Source: an uncultured Halobacteriales archaeon | Lineage (GTDB): Archaea > Thermoplasmatota > E2 > JACPAO01 > JAHFTW01 | DNA: 64,000 bases | NCBI GenBank assembly: GCA_964627625.1 | Contig: CAZVJB010000002.1 | Location: 92,197-156,196, forward strand | Reading direction: 5' to 3' | Shown here: piece by piece, positions 18,401 through 27,899 of the stretch | Layout: every line of letters starts with the position of its first letter | Position numbering within the stretch: position 1 is the first letter of the stretch | Made by a program: the position numbers and the translations under genes | Notes under the pieces: generated by a model | The model's input: the letters and a program-made list of their open reading frames with translations, nothing else | Databases searched by the model: none | Told to the model about the DNA's origin: nothing

Positions 18401-20950
18401 GAGGCGAGTGATGGTGACGTCCTGCGTGGTGCCCACGCGGGCCGCGGTGAACGTGCCGGTGCTGCACGCGCCCGAGGAAGCGACGCTGGCACCGACGGTC
18501 GAGACGCCCACGCCGGCCGGGAAATTGATGGTCAACATGCCGTTGAATGGCCAGGCATTCGTGATGCCGAACGTGAAGGTGTGCGACGCGGTCGAGCCAG
18601 CCGCGGCCGGGACCGCCGCCACAGAGGTCGGTGTGATGGCGCCCGGAGTCAGCGTGACCGAGCCGGACCCGGTGTCAATGGTCGGGTTGCCGGCGGCATT
18701 CGTGGCCGTCCTGAACGAGATCGTCCCGGACGCACCCGCGAAGGCGGGGTTGCGGATGCCGCTGAGCGTGATCGTCGCGGCGCTGCCGCCGAAGCACGTG
18801 CTGGGAGTGCCCGTGCGTGAAACGGTGACCGTCTGGCCCGAGGCCGTTGCGCCAAAGGTGCCGCTCGTGCAGCCGGTTGCGGGGGGAGTCGCGCCGACGC
18901 CGGAAACGACGTAGCCCGTCGGGAAGGTCACCATAAACAGGTCGGGCCCTTGCCAGTCATTGGCGAACGTGTAGGCGAACGTGTACGACGTCGTAGCGCC
19001 CGCAACCAGCGATGTAGCCGTGATGGCCGTGCTGGTGAGCGTCCCCGGGTTGATTGTGACGCTGGCGGTGCCGAAATCAATGTCCGCGCCGCCAGGCGCC
19101 GAGGTGCGGATGTCGCCCACCGTTGCAAACGATTGCAGCCCTGCATAGCGCGGGTTTCGGATGCCGCCGAGTGTCACGGAGACCGTCCCGGCGGGGCAGG
19201 TGGCGCCCGCGCCATCACGCTGGATGGTCACGAGCTGACCGGCGCGCGAGACGATGAATGTCCCGCCCGTGCAGCCCGTCATGGTCGCCGGCGAAGTGAC
19301 TCCCGACACGTCGACGTCGGCCGGGAAGCTGATTCGAATGGCACCATTTGCAGGAATGGCGTTGGCCGTCGTGAAAGTGAATTTCCAGTCGGCGATGGTG
19401 CCGGCAATCGCCGTGGTCGGCGTGAGCGCGATGCTGGTCGACGTGAGCGCACCCTCCATGACGAATGGCGGCTTGACGAGGTCGATAACGGCGGCTGCCA
19501 CCGGGCCAGGCGTTCCAGCCTGCGACAAGTCGGCGCTCGCCGGCGCCGCGCCAACGATTGAGACGAGGGCGGCGCCCCAGGGAATGCCGGGTCCGGTAAT
19601 CGTGCGCCCCAGGTCGGCCACGGTAAAGGCCGCGCCGGCAGGACTCGCAACGAGCGTATCCTCCGGGCTAGCCCCGACGGGCGCCGCGTCCGTGATGGAA
19701 CCATCGGTGAAGAACCGAATGGGGGTAGAGTCGATGAGCCCCGTGGCGACCGTGACGTGGATGCCCGCCGCGGGGACCGCAAGGACGGAGGCCTGCGACA
19801 CGGTGACGCTCGTTGCGGTGCCAAAGGCCGTGATGGTTGTGCCCGCGGGGAGGATGCCTGGAGCGATGACAAGGCGGCCGACGTCGGCGGCGGTGAATGC
19901 CGCGCCAGTTGCACTCGTCAGGGTCGAGCTGGCTGCAGCAATGGCACCATCGACGAAGGAGCGCTGGCTGCCGCCACTTGTGAAGGTTGTTGCGACAATG
20001 CTACCGGGGGCGCCCACGACGCCCGGGTTCTTGACACCCGTCACGGTGACCTTCAACGTTTGTCCGGGCACGCACGCGGCACCGCCCGACCTGGTGAGCG
20101 TGAGCGTGGGCGTGGCGACGGTGCCGACGGGTGACGCGCCCGGTGCGAGGGTCGTCTTGGCCACGGCGACGGCGCCACTTACGCAGTCAGCCCCGGTGCC
20201 GGTCAAGGAGACGCTCGTGACGCTGAAGGGCTGCGGCGCGTAACTGGTCGGGAATTCGATGACCATATTGCCGTCGGCAGGCCAGGTGCCTTGGCCAGCA
20301 AACGAAAAGCTGTACGAGGTCGACGCGCCGGCCACCGGCGTGGCGGGCGTGGTCGTCAACACACCGCCCGATAAGGCCCCGACCAGGACGATGTTTTGCG
20401 TGACGGAGTCGATAGTCGCCGAGCCGAAGTTGCGGGTGCGGATGTCGATGGTGTGGCGGCCGGAGGCGGCTGGATTGTCGAGGCCGTTGATCGTGAACGA
20501 CACGATGATTCCCGCGCCGCAAATACCGCGCGTCCCGTCACGCGTGAGAATCACACGACCGGCCGCGGAAAGGTCAATGCTACCGATTCCCTCCGGTCCT
20601 GGGGCGCTGCATGCAGTTCCGGTGAGTGCGAAGCCGGTTACCGAGGCCGCGGTGTCGGTCCAGGCGGCCGGGAATTGGACCACAAGGTTTCCGTCCGCGG
20701 GCCATCCCCCGTCCGCGGTGGGAGTTGCCAGTACGAACGTGACCTTGTGGGAGGTGGCCGCGTTGCTCACTGCCAAGTTGGAAGGGACGTCGAAAGGCTG
20801 GGTTCCATCAGCCGTAAGCACCGAGGCCTGGGTGCCCGGGATCAGAAGTAGCAGGAATGCGCAGGCTGCCACGGCCGCCAGTCCCACCAGGACGAAGGGG
20901 CTAGCGCCGCGTTCATTCGACATGCCCTGGGGGAACGACCCGGACCGCAT
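15464..20950 (-). CDS. Giant (1828 aa) cell-surface glycoprotein-like protein with many Thr/Gly/Ala-rich Ig-like repeats, Big_2 domains and a C-terminal TM anchor
   Basis: N-terminal signal peptide (FVLVGLAAVAACAFLLLLIPGTQA). Repetitive beta-rich modules. Two C-proximal Big_2-like domains (…ALQVTAEDQFGNGVAGVSIAWAV…). A Ser/Thr/Pro linker, then PGVPLVALVGALIALVAVRRRNGA (TM plus basic tail). Confidence 0.8.
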   Translation of the reverse strand: MRSGSFPQGMSNERGASPFVLVGLAAVAACAFLLLLIPGTQASVLTADGTQPFDVPSNLAVSNAATSHKVTFVLATPTADGGWPADGNLVVQFPAAWTDTAASVTGFALTGTACSAPGPEGIGSIDLSAAGRVILTRDGTRGICGAGIIVSFTINGLDNPAASGRHTIDIRTRNFGSATIDSVTQNIVLVGALSGGVLTTTPATPVAGASTSYSFSFAGQGTWPADGNMVIEFPTSYAPQPFSVTSVSLTGTGADCVSGAVAVAKTTLAPGASPVGTVATPTLTLTRSGGAACVPGQTLKVTVTGVKNPGVVGAPGSIVATTFTSGGSQRSFVDGAIAAASSTLTSATGAAFTAADVGRLVIAPGILPAGTTITAFGTATSVTVSQASVLAVPAAGIHVTVATGLIDSTPIRFFTDGSITDAAPVGASPEDTLVASPAGAAFTVADLGRTITGPGIPWGAALVSIVGAAPASADLSQAGTPGPVAAAVIDLVKPPFVMEGALTSTSIALTPTTAIAGTIADWKFTFTTANAIPANGAIRISFPADVDVSGVTSPATMTGCTGGTFIVSRAGQLVTIQRDGAGATCPAGTVSVTLGGIRNPRYAGLQSFATVGDIRTSAPGGADIDFGTASVTINPGTLTSTAITATSLVAGATTSYTFAYTFANDWQGPDLFMVTFPTGYVVSGVGATPPATGCTSGTFGATASGQTVTVSRTGTPSTCFGGSAATITLSGIRNPAFAGASGTISFRTATNAAGNPTIDTGSGSVTLTPGAITPTSVAAVPAAAGSTASHTFTFGITNAWPFNGMLTINFPAGVGVSTVGASVASSGACSTGTFTAARVGTTQDVTITRLGGSDCPAGTTGIVLSLANMRNPSVPAVPAPTAAIPYGVSWRTSTSAGAAIDATADVPAFPTAPPGPQALTFTAAALTTPTLEAASTTAGAVTSHTAGFTLANAWPADGAVRLIFPTGYGYTGLVATATSTGCTGGTLTATNPSANTVLVTRSGGTVCPAGTLAKVTVSGIRNVQASGATGTGTVRTETSTAGGNAAVIIDAATLPSVTLTPGTLAAASITPGSVEAGETTSYTFQFTTTNPWPADGSFVATFPAGFTLAVTPNPAPTGCDGTWAPPDVSGQTYTLTRIPGTSCAANTVVIIGLNGITNPLGASNNLIAFQTQTAAPAAIDTASVLLSTGPVTPVIVGAADPSPDAPTTYTFFMATTTSWPADGNLEITFPTDFIVGAPTPTSVTLSGCDGTLTSGFLGQVVTLTRTGGSPCPPGSITITFDGVTNPTTRGRYSTFDVQLQTNAGAVLEQHSGTIFISKPAVEIVTPNAHFSNVAGGRTLILVIQARDLFQNGVAGVPISWAKTGDGTLNTASSTTDDSGAATAEIKTSATAGAMTITATAAGLTGSPLTFKINAPGTSCQGCPVADRLDVTLSATTVSADTGQVTATALGYNAAGQLMGDFSDTTFFTVANGGTCTGKVCTGLTKAGNHDVTGNYQGVIGKKAVTVTPGAPKAITQSALAVGTIGPGTAQALQVTAEDQFGNGVAGVSIAWAVTAGGGTISPTPTLTGTTGTASATLTTGPTAGANTATATATGLAGSPLTFNVPTAAAASITSVSSGAPRHPAGVPLVLAAIVKDSSGKGIVGAKVSWTVTGGGAILTTESLTDATGTASATFTRSTLGTSTAKASVAGLSAAASFEVTTFAGPVASLQLTPAVATIGLGLPQTFTVTGADAAGNPLGAATLGVILSSTPNASCVALTCTPTAPGTYKISAVAGGVTDTATLTVTGSVPSSTSSSTSGPSSPSPGVPLVALVGALIALVAVRRRNGA

Positions 20951-21120
20951 GGGCCAAACGACTCCCGCGCCCCTACTTAAGCCCTTATGGCGGGTTCGGT
21001 AGCGGCCAGGGCGAATTTTATCCCTGTTGCGCGACGGGTCAGAAACGTGCCGGATTCGCCGCAGCGGACTGCGGGGCCAGCGTCGCTGCCGTTAAGCGCC
21101 GCGGCGCCTCGCCGCAGCCT

Positions 21121-22059
21121 GTGCCCAACTGCTCGAAGTGCCGGAACCCTTCCGTCATCTTCCTGCGCTACGCTGGCAACCACCTGTGCCGCAGCCATTT
21201 CCTGGAGTTCTTCGAGAAGCGTGCGAAACTCGAAATTGGCCGGCAAGGCCGCCTTCCAGAGGGCACAATCGCGGTCGCGCTTTCTGGCGGCAAGGATTCG
21301 GTCTCCGTCCTGCACTTTTTGTCCAACCTGGTGGCGGACCACCCGCATATCCGGCTCGTGGCCGTGACGGTCGATGAAGGCATTTCCGGTTATCGACAAT
21401 CAGCGCTTGACATCTGCCGCGAAGTCACGACGTGCCTCGGCGTCCCCTGGACGCTGGTTAAGACCGAGACGCTCGCCGGCTACACCATCGACCAATACGC
21501 GGCCGGGACACATGGCCCCGCCGCCGAGAATCATCCAAACCATCCCCGCGCCGCCTGCGGCCCATGCGGCGTTTTCCGTCGCGTCGGCATGAACCGCCTT
21601 GCTCGCGAAGCCGGAGCATCCGCCATCGTGACCGGTCATAACCTGGACGACCAGGCCCAAACGATCCTCATGAACCACCTAAAAGGCGACCTTGATAGGG
21701 CTGCGAGAATGGCCCCTCACGATACAGCGGCACCGCACGAAGGTCTGGTTCCGCGCCTCATGCCTTTCCGCACGATTCCGGAGAAGGAAGTCCTCCTGTA
21801 CGCCCTCCTGAACGATTTGCCCATACACGACGAAGCCGAGTGCCCGTACGCGGTGCGCAGCCACCGCTTCGCCATGCGCGATGTCCTCGTGGGCCTGGAG
21901 CAGCAAACACCCGGAACGCGCCACGCCCTCGTGCGCGGGCAGGACAAGTTGCAACCAATCCTGCAAGCGGCGTTACCCAAGACGCCGTTGGCGCGGTGTA
22001 CCGATTGCGGCGAAGCGACGAGCGGGACGCGCTGCGTGACGTGTGGACTCAGGGCGTAG
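21121..22059 (+). CDS. ncsA: tRNA thiolation PP-loop ATPase (NcsA/Ncs6/TtcA family)
   Basis: N-terminal CxxC…CxxH zinc finger, PP-loop ALSGGKDSVSV, C-terminal CTDCGE…CVTCG zinc ribbon. This is the archaeal Ncs6-like architecture. Confidence 0.8.
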   Translation: MPNCSKCRNPSVIFLRYAGNHLCRSHFLEFFEKRAKLEIGRQGRLPEGTIAVALSGGKDSVSVLHFLSNLVADHPHIRLVAVTVDEGISGYRQSALDICREVTTCLGVPWTLVKTETLAGYTIDQYAAGTHGPAAENHPNHPRAACGPCGVFRRVGMNRLAREAGASAIVTGHNLDDQAQTILMNHLKGDLDRAARMAPHDTAAPHEGLVPRLMPFRTIPEKEVLLYALLNDLPIHDEAECPYAVRSHRFAMRDVLVGLEQQTPGTRHALVRGQDKLQPILQAALPKTPLARCTDCGEATSGTRCVTCGLRA

Positions 22060-23185
22060 CTGCGCCGACGGTTCCCGTGCAAGGATTCAGGTGGTGCCCC
22101 GCATTCTGGCCGGGAAGTACGCAGCCGCTTGGCAAATCGATGTCGATGGAGTGGTACCCGATGCCTTCGGTAAGGACGATGCCGGGACCGTTGGCTGCGT
22201 GTTCAAGCGTCCACGTTCCTGTTGGGTCGCCGGTGCCGTAGAATTCCAGTTTCAGGCCGGTGTCGGTCGGGCCGGATGCGAGCTCGTAAATGGTCCCGTT
22301 GGGCGACATGACTTTTTCTGAGTACGTTCCCGCGCCGGGGACGGGCGGCAGTCCATCTACCAGAAGATTTGCGACCGGACCAACGATGATTGTGAAGGCT
22401 AGGCGGTCGTAACCGGCCTTGACGTCGACGGTCTCCGTTGCGGGCGCTGGCTCGGGGTTCTGCGTGATGTGCGCCTGGATATCCCAAGGGCCGAGGCGAC
22501 CGTTCATGAAGACGAGGTCATGGGCGTGTGGCACGCGGACGGCGCCAACGTGGTTGTAGCCGTGCTCCGTGAGTTCAATCGTGGCATAGTTTGGATCAGA
22601 GAGGCGGACGATGTCGCCGGCGACTGCGTCGTAGGTGGCGGTCCAGTTGAAGTTCTGGCCATCCGTGATGCGAATCGTTGCCTGCTCCGAAGTGGCAGAG
22701 ACAATTGTGGCGGTTCCAGGAAGACCTTCCCAGGCCGTGTCCCACTTCTTGCCGACCGTCAGAGGAAAGTCGAGCATCTTGAAGTCCACGTCGTGCGTCT
22801 CGAACGACAGGTCCGCCTGGTCGATGTCGCCGTAGCCGGGGACATGCATGACTAGGGCGTCATTGCTGAACGCGTCAATCGGGAAGCCGACGAGATACTG
22901 CGTGCCGAACGTGCCGGCAACAACGCGCTTGATGGTGATTTGCTTGCCCGCAAAATGGTCCGTAACCTTGTACTCCCACCACTCGCCAAGCCGCCACTGG
23001 GGCGCGGCCGCCAGCGTGCGTTCGCCGGGGGCAGGCGGAGTGGCGTCCAGGATGGGAAGATCCACCTTGTTGGCACCGCCGTCATCGTACTGGATGCCGG
23101 AGACGACCTCGCCGCCGTCGTTGGCTGCGGGGGAGGAGCAGCCGGCGAGGGCGAGCAGGAGAACGGCGGCAACGAGGCGGCGCAT
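22049..23185 (-). CDS. Secreted lipoprotein, hypothetical
   Basis: Lipoprotein signal MRRLVAAVLLLALAGCSSP, then a soluble beta-rich domain. The track ORF N-extension (R-rich) is rejected. Confidence 0.5.
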   Translation of the reverse strand: MRRLVAAVLLLALAGCSSPAANDGGEVVSGIQYDDGGANKVDLPILDATPPAPGERTLAAAPQWRLGEWWEYKVTDHFAGKQITIKRVVAGTFGTQYLVGFPIDAFSNDALVMHVPGYGDIDQADLSFETHDVDFKMLDFPLTVGKKWDTAWEGLPGTATIVSATSEQATIRITDGQNFNWTATYDAVAGDIVRLSDPNYATIELTEHGYNHVGAVRVPHAHDLVFMNGRLGPWDIQAHITQNPEPAPATETVDVKAGYDRLAFTIIVGPVANLLVDGLPPVPGAGTYSEKVMSPNGTIYELASGPTDTGLKLEFYGTGDPTGTWTLEHAANGPGIVLTEGIGYHSIDIDLPSGCVLPGQNAGHHLNPCTGTVGAATP

Positions 23186-23640
23186 CGACGGCGCAGGCAT
23201 GGGGGGGTTTGGTAAGCGTTGCGGCATTGCGATTCCGCCTTTGGCGCCGGAGGGAACCACCGAGGGAACCGAACGGATGATGACGGTCCGCCGAACGCGC
23301 CGAAAACGCCGAACCGACGACCGCATTGTAATGCGCGGGACGCGGACGCAACGGGAGCGCAATTACGCCCTCGCCCCCGGCGCGGGCCGAACAGCCGCCG
23401 TGCGGGCAGCGCGTGAGAGGTTGTGGCGAGGCGCGGCGCCCGAGCAGCAGCGAGAGCACGCGGGCTTGGGCCGGCGGAGGCAAAGACGGCATGTCACTGC
23501 ATGTGACGGTAGGCGCCTATAGGTCCCAACATGTGCCAACATGCCGTACACCGAAAACGTCGCGAGGCGTTCGGTGCCATCGGTGATGTCGGTGGTTCCA
23601 TTGGCCGGCGCCGGCCGGACCAAACCACGGATGGCACCGA

Positions 23641-23970
23641 TTACCGGTACGATGAAGCCGCCGGTGACGCGCGGTCGGCGTAGGCCTGAACAACGGCGGC
23701 AAACGTCTCGACCTTTGTGGTCGACATGTTGTCAAACGTGTGCAACCTGACCTTGCCACCCCGGCGCAGCTCAATTTTCAGCGGCATTGTGCCAGCTCCG
23801 AAAACCGACTGAATTTTCATGATCTCGTCGATTTCCAGAAACGTGGACGTGAAAACCCCGCGGTGAGTTAGCCGGCGGCCATCAAAGGCGGTCCGGACCC
23901 GGAGAAAGACCGCAGCGCACCACGCTGACATGAAACCGAATAAAATTTGAAGGAACCATGCCGGGCCCAT
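23641..23970 (-). CDS. Small membrane-anchored PH-like protein, hypothetical
   Basis: MGPAWFLQILFGFMSAWCAAVFL TM, then a …THRGVFTSTFLEIDEIMKIQ… domain. Start taken at the internal Met. Weak. Confidence 0.35.
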   Translation of the reverse strand: MGPAWFLQILFGFMSAWCAAVFLRVRTAFDGRRLTHRGVFTSTFLEIDEIMKIQSVFGAGTMPLKIELRRGGKVRLHTFDNMSTTKVETFAAVVQAYADRASPAASSYR

Positions 23971-24410
23971 TGAGCCCCGGTATCGGATTGTCTGGGCCGG
24001 GTCCCCCCACTTGCCACCATTGCCATGACAGCCATGAATGCCGCTACCCCGGCCGCTAACAGCATGTTGTTTGGCCGCATTGGCTTCGGGACGTGCGGTA
24101 GCCGCCGGAGCGGCGCAAAGGGAGTCATCGTTGTGCGTTTCTCGGGCGCACGATGCGCTTTCCAAGCGGCCTTGGGTCGGGGCGGCTGTCGGCCTTCCCC
24201 GGAGAACACGACGCCTGCACGGAGCGCCAAGATACAAAGCTTCCAGTGGGGCAGGGTTCGCATCAAAAGAAAAGGTTGCAATCCCCGCCCCCGCCGTTGG
24301 GAGGAGCCGATGACTGTGGGAGGACAGCCATCAACGCGGCGGGGGCGGGTGGTGCGGAAGGAGGGGGAAGGAGAGGAAAAGGGAGGCATCACTTTACTGA
24401 AGATTCGCGT

Positions 24411-25643
24411 CTATTGCACGAAGTCGATGCCGCCGGGGCCCGGTTGGGCTTGGCCGCGGCCGCTGCGTGTCCCGACGCTGGTCGGGCGGTCGAACTTGAA
24501 GCCGGTTTCCTGGCGTTCTTGCCGGGCCGGTCCGCCGCTCGGGGTGCGCGTCGGGGCTGCGTGGTTGCGCGCTCCGCCGGCGTTGGGCGTCTGGACCGTT
24601 TGGACTTGGGCCTGGTGTTGGCCGTTGCCCTGGGGCATCGGGTTCATCGCTTCGACGGTGCTGATTCCAGTCATGATCGCCATGACCCTGCAGCGGCCTT
24701 CGAATTGGGGCAGCACGCGGGCGCCCCAGATGACGTTGGCGTGGGAGTCGAGTTCGTAGGTGAGTCCCTCGGCGACTTCCTCAGCGTGCTTCAAGGTGAG
24801 GTCGGGGCCGCCGGTGATGTGGATGAGGGCGCCGGTCGCGCCGCGGTAGTCCACGTCGAGGAGCGGGTGGTTGAGGGCCTCGGAGACGACCGATGAGGGG
24901 CCGTCGGAGACCTTGGCCTCGCCCCAGAGCATGACGGCGACGCCGCCTTCGCCCATGATGGCTTTCACGTCAGCGTAGTCGAGGTTGATCAAGGACGGCT
25001 GGGTGATGGTCTCGCTGATGCCCTTGACGGTCTCGGCGATGAGTTGGTCCATGACCGAGAAGGCCTGGTCAATCGGGAGGTTGGGGACGTAGTTCAGCAG
25101 GCGGTTGTTGTCAAGGACAATGACCGAGTCGGCGCGGGAGCGCAGCTTCTGCAGGCCTTCGTCGCCGCGGATGATGCGGGCGCGCTCGACGTTGAACGGT
25201 GTTGAGACCATGCCGACGACGATGGCGCCCATTTTCTTCGCCACGTCTGCGACGACTGGGGCGGTCCCCGTGCCGGTGCCGCCGCCCATGCCGGCCGTGA
25301 TGAAGACCAGGTCGGCGCCCTTCAGCATCTCTTCGAGCTTGCCGCGGGCCTGCTCGGCGCAGCGTTCGGCAACCTCGGGGTAGCCGCCGGCGCCTAGGCC
25401 GCGGGTGATGGTCTTGCCGACCAGGAGTTTCTTGTCAGCCTCAACGAGGTCAAGCGCTTGCTTGTCCGTGTTGATGGCGATGGTCTCGGCGCCCTTGACG
25501 CCGACCTTGTGCAGGCGGTTGATCGTGTTGCCGCCTGCGCCGCCGCAGCCGACAATGACAATCTTGGGCTCGCCAAAGTTCTCGTATTCTTTGAGTTCCT
25601 GCTCTTGGGCGTACCCAACAGCGACTCCAATCAGGCTTTGCAT
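24411..25643 (-). CDS. ftsZ: Cell division GTPase FtsZ (archaeal paralogue, probably the ftsZ2-type because cdrS is upstream)
   Basis: [18 protein letters not shown]…[11 protein letters not shown]…[19 protein letters not shown]… is the tubulin/FtsZ GTP-binding signature, with a Q/G-rich C-terminal tail. The track ORF begins at an upstream TTG. The start is placed at the in-frame ATG (MQSLIG). Confidence 0.9.
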   Translation of the reverse strand: MQSLIGVAVGYAQEQELKEYENFGEPKIVIVGCGGAGGNTINRLHKVGVKGAETIAINTDKQALDLVEADKKLLVGKTITRGLGAGGYPEVAERCAEQARGKLEEMLKGADLVFITAGMGGGTGTGTAPVVADVAKKMGAIVVGMVSTPFNVERARIIRGDEGLQKLRSRADSVIVLDNNRLLNYVPNLPIDQAFSVMDQLIAETVKGISETITQPSLINLDYADVKAIMGEGGVAVMLWGEAKVSDGPSSVVSEALNHPLLDVDYRGATGALIHITGGPDLTLKHAEEVAEGLTYELDSHANVIWGARVLPQFEGRCRVMAIMTGISTVEAMNPMPQGNGQHQAQVQTVQTPNAGGARNHAAPTRTPSGGPARQERQETGFKFDRPTSVGTRSGRGQAQPGPGGIDFVQ

Positions 25644-25766
25644 GGTGTGTTCAGCTCCTCCACTTTTTTTCTGACGACGATATGCTGGGAGGTGACGGGG
25701 GTCGTCGTCGGCCCCCGCCACCTTTGTGCATCCCATCCCAGCCTGGTGAGGCAAGGACTGTTACGG

Positions 25767-26042
25767 TTACTGCAGCTTGTTCAGAAGGTCGGTGACCTGC
25801 TTCTTCAGGGCGTCCTTCTCCGCGGCCATGCGGCGGAGTTCTTCCAGGCCCCATTCGGCCTCCAGGACCTGTTTGGCGCCACTGCCTTGCGCTTCAAGGA
25901 AGACCTTGAGGGCTTGGTAGATGACGTCGGTCGTGTTGCGGAAACGCTCGGCGCTGACCAACGAGGCGATGGCTTGGATCTGGTGCACCGGGAGGCGCAC
26001 CGTCACACGGTCGGTCGGTTGCTTAGCGATTTTTGCGGCCAT
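25767..26042 (-). CDS. cdrS: Ribbon-helix-helix (CopG-like) regulator in the cdrS position upstream of ftsZ
   Basis: MAAKIAKQPTDRVTVRLPVHQIQAIASLV… gives an RHH beta-strand plus two helices. It sits 12 nt upstream of ftsZ on the same strand, the conserved euryarchaeal cdrS-ftsZ2 arrangement. The identification rests on synteny and fold. Confidence 0.6.
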   Translation of the reverse strand: MAAKIAKQPTDRVTVRLPVHQIQAIASLVSAERFRNTTDVIYQALKVFLEAQGSGAKQVLEAEWGLEELRRMAAEKDALKKQVTDLLNKLQ

Positions 26043-26062
26043 GGTCTGGACTCCTAGGGCCA

Positions 26063-26079
26063 CGTTTGTCAGACAAACG
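26063..26079. promoter_or_regulatory. Perfect 17-bp palindrome CGTTTGTC-A-GACAAACG in the cdrS-ftsZ promoter/leader; a related TGTCATTTGTCTGACA sits at 26124-26139
   Basis: Seen directly in the sequence 21-37 nt upstream of the cdrS ATG. The shared core is TTTGTC(A/T)GACA. Confidence 0.4.
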
Positions 26080-26582
26080 AGGCATTCAAGTGGCAACGCG
26101 CAGCCCTGTTACGGGCTGTTTGTTGTCATTTGTCTGACAGTCACATTGGGGGTGACCTATTTAGGAGTTTGGGAAAAAATCGACCGCGCAAAGGACCGCC
26201 ACATCTGTTGAGTCACCAATGCACCGGCGGACATGAACCTTCGTTTCCGATGCACTCCATCGGAAATGGTGGTCAGGCCGAGTGTTTTCCGGCCCGGCCG
26301 TGATGAAGGAAACCGGCCCCGGCCATCCCGAGTGGGAGGCGGGAGGGGGAGCTACAATTGGCCGGGGCCAGCTTCCAGTATCAGCAACAAGGCGCCTGCG
26401 GTGGGAAAGGTTGTTCGGGGGGTGGGTGAAACCTAGATGGGGGGTTGTCCTGAAAATGGCCGCCCGCTGCGATACCAAACCGCGGAGCGCGCGGAACACG
26501 CGGAAACTGTTCCGCGGTCTCCGCGATTTCCGCGGTTCGTCGGTGGCATCCGTGGCCCAACCGGAATTCTAGGACACTCCCC

Positions 26583-27188
26583 CTAGATGGCGGCCATCAC
26601 CGGAGCCGGCGCCCCGGAGCGAAGCCACTCTCCAAACTCGGCCCAATGGCGCAAGTAGTCGTCATGCCATTTCTGTCGATAGATGACGGCGGCTGGGTGC
26701 AGGCTGACAAAAATCGGGATGCCGCCTGGCCCCTCAACGAATGTGCCGGCCAGGGAAGCGAAATCAGAAGGAACGTGACCGATGAGGCCGGACAGGCCAT
26801 GCCTTCCCAGCGCGACGAGCACCCGCGGCCGTAACGCCTCAATCTGCTCCAACAGGTAGGGACGGCATGCCGCCTTCTCGTCGTCAGTCGGATCACGATT
26901 CGCCGGCGGCCGACACTTAACGATGCTCGTGACAAAACAGTCGGCGCGCTCAAGCCCGGCGGCGGCGAAAGCGAGGTCCAGGTTCTTTCCAGCCGCGCCA
27001 CAAAACGGCCGCCCCGTCTCATCCTCGTTGCGGCCGGGCGCCTCGCCCACAAGCATGACGCCGCCTGCGCCCGTTCCCTCTCCCGGTACCGCGTTCGTCC
27101 GGGTTTCGCACAGGCGGCAGAGCTCGCAGACGCGCACGCGCGTGGCGATGCCTTCCATCGCAGTAATCTCGGGCACGGCCGACGGCAT
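26583..27188 (-). CDS. udg: Uracil-DNA glycosylase, family 4 (Fe-S type)
   Basis: VMLVGEAPGRNEDETGRPFCGAAGKNLD…SIVKCRPP…HPAAVIYR matches UDG family-4 motifs, including the Cys ligands. Confidence 0.85.
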   Translation of the reverse strand: MPSAVPEITAMEGIATRVRVCELCRLCETRTNAVPGEGTGAGGVMLVGEAPGRNEDETGRPFCGAAGKNLDLAFAAAGLERADCFVTSIVKCRPPANRDPTDDEKAACRPYLLEQIEALRPRVLVALGRHGLSGLIGHVPSDFASLAGTFVEGPGGIPIFVSLHPAAVIYRQKWHDDYLRHWAEFGEWLRSGAPAPVMAAI

Positions 27189-27276
27189 CGTGCGGGCCAG
27201 CGGCCAGCCAGCAAAGGGCTTTTGGCGTCCTGCCTGCCATCCCGAAGCGATGCGTCGCCGTCGGATCGATTGGGCA

Positions 27277-27807
27277 ATGGCCGGCCGTGTGGTGTCGGTT
27301 GCAGCACCGCTGATTGCGTACCCCGTCGCGCTGGCATCCTTTTCACAAGGCTTTGGGCGCTCCTTTCAACCACTCACCATTCAACCCGCTATGGCGTTTT
27401 TAGCGATCATTTTGCTGACCGGGCTTTACGGCTTCTACGCCTTGAAGTTGGTCGGCGAGGGCATTTCCGAAAGAAGACGCGACGTTTGGCCGGGGGGTGC
27501 CGTCATCGTGTTCGGCATCATCTATGGGCCGCCTATCGTGTGGCTCGCGCTACAAACGGCTGCATGGACCGCAGTTGTTCCCCTCGTCCATGTCGTCGTG
27601 GCCGGCCGTGGCCACCGTCTCTGGGCATTCCTGCAGCACGGGGTGACGTGCTTTGCCGTCGCCGTCTTCCTGGTCTCGTTCGGCACCAACCCTCCCCTTG
27701 GCTGGCCCCTCGCGGTGGCGATGATGCAGGCGGCGTTCTTGTGCCTCATCGAATGGAAAGTCCGCCCGACGTTCGTGACGAATCCGCCGCTTCGCGTAGC
27801 TGCATGA
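27277..27807 (+). CDS. Hypothetical polytopic membrane protein
   Basis: 4-5 TM helices (AFLAIILLTGLYGFYAL…AVIVFGIIYGPPIVWLAL…). The start is either 27277 (MAGRVV…) or 27391 (MAFLAII…). Confidence 0.4.
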   Translation: MAGRVVSVAAPLIAYPVALASFSQGFGRSFQPLTIQPAMAFLAIILLTGLYGFYALKLVGEGISERRRDVWPGGAVIVFGIIYGPPIVWLALQTAAWTAVVPLVHVVVAGRGHRLWAFLQHGVTCFAVAVFLVSFGTNPPLGWPLAVAMMQAAFLCLIEWKVRPTFVTNPPLRVAA

Positions 27808-27899
27808 GGCTCATGCGCCGCGCCAAATCACGGTACGCAGCCCCCACCCGTTCCACTTAAGTGGGACACCCCCGTCGCCAAAATCCCGCCACCGCACTG

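Noticed and set aside
15669-20243. Numerous 100-430-aa plus-strand ORFs inside the giant surface-protein gene
   Set aside because: All are antisense or alternate frames of the 1828-aa minus-strand gene, are Arg/Gly-rich, and have no independent support.
20977-21399. 140-aa minus ORF overlapping the ncsA 5' region
   Set aside because: It is antisense to a strongly supported PP-loop ATPase gene and has no recognisable features.
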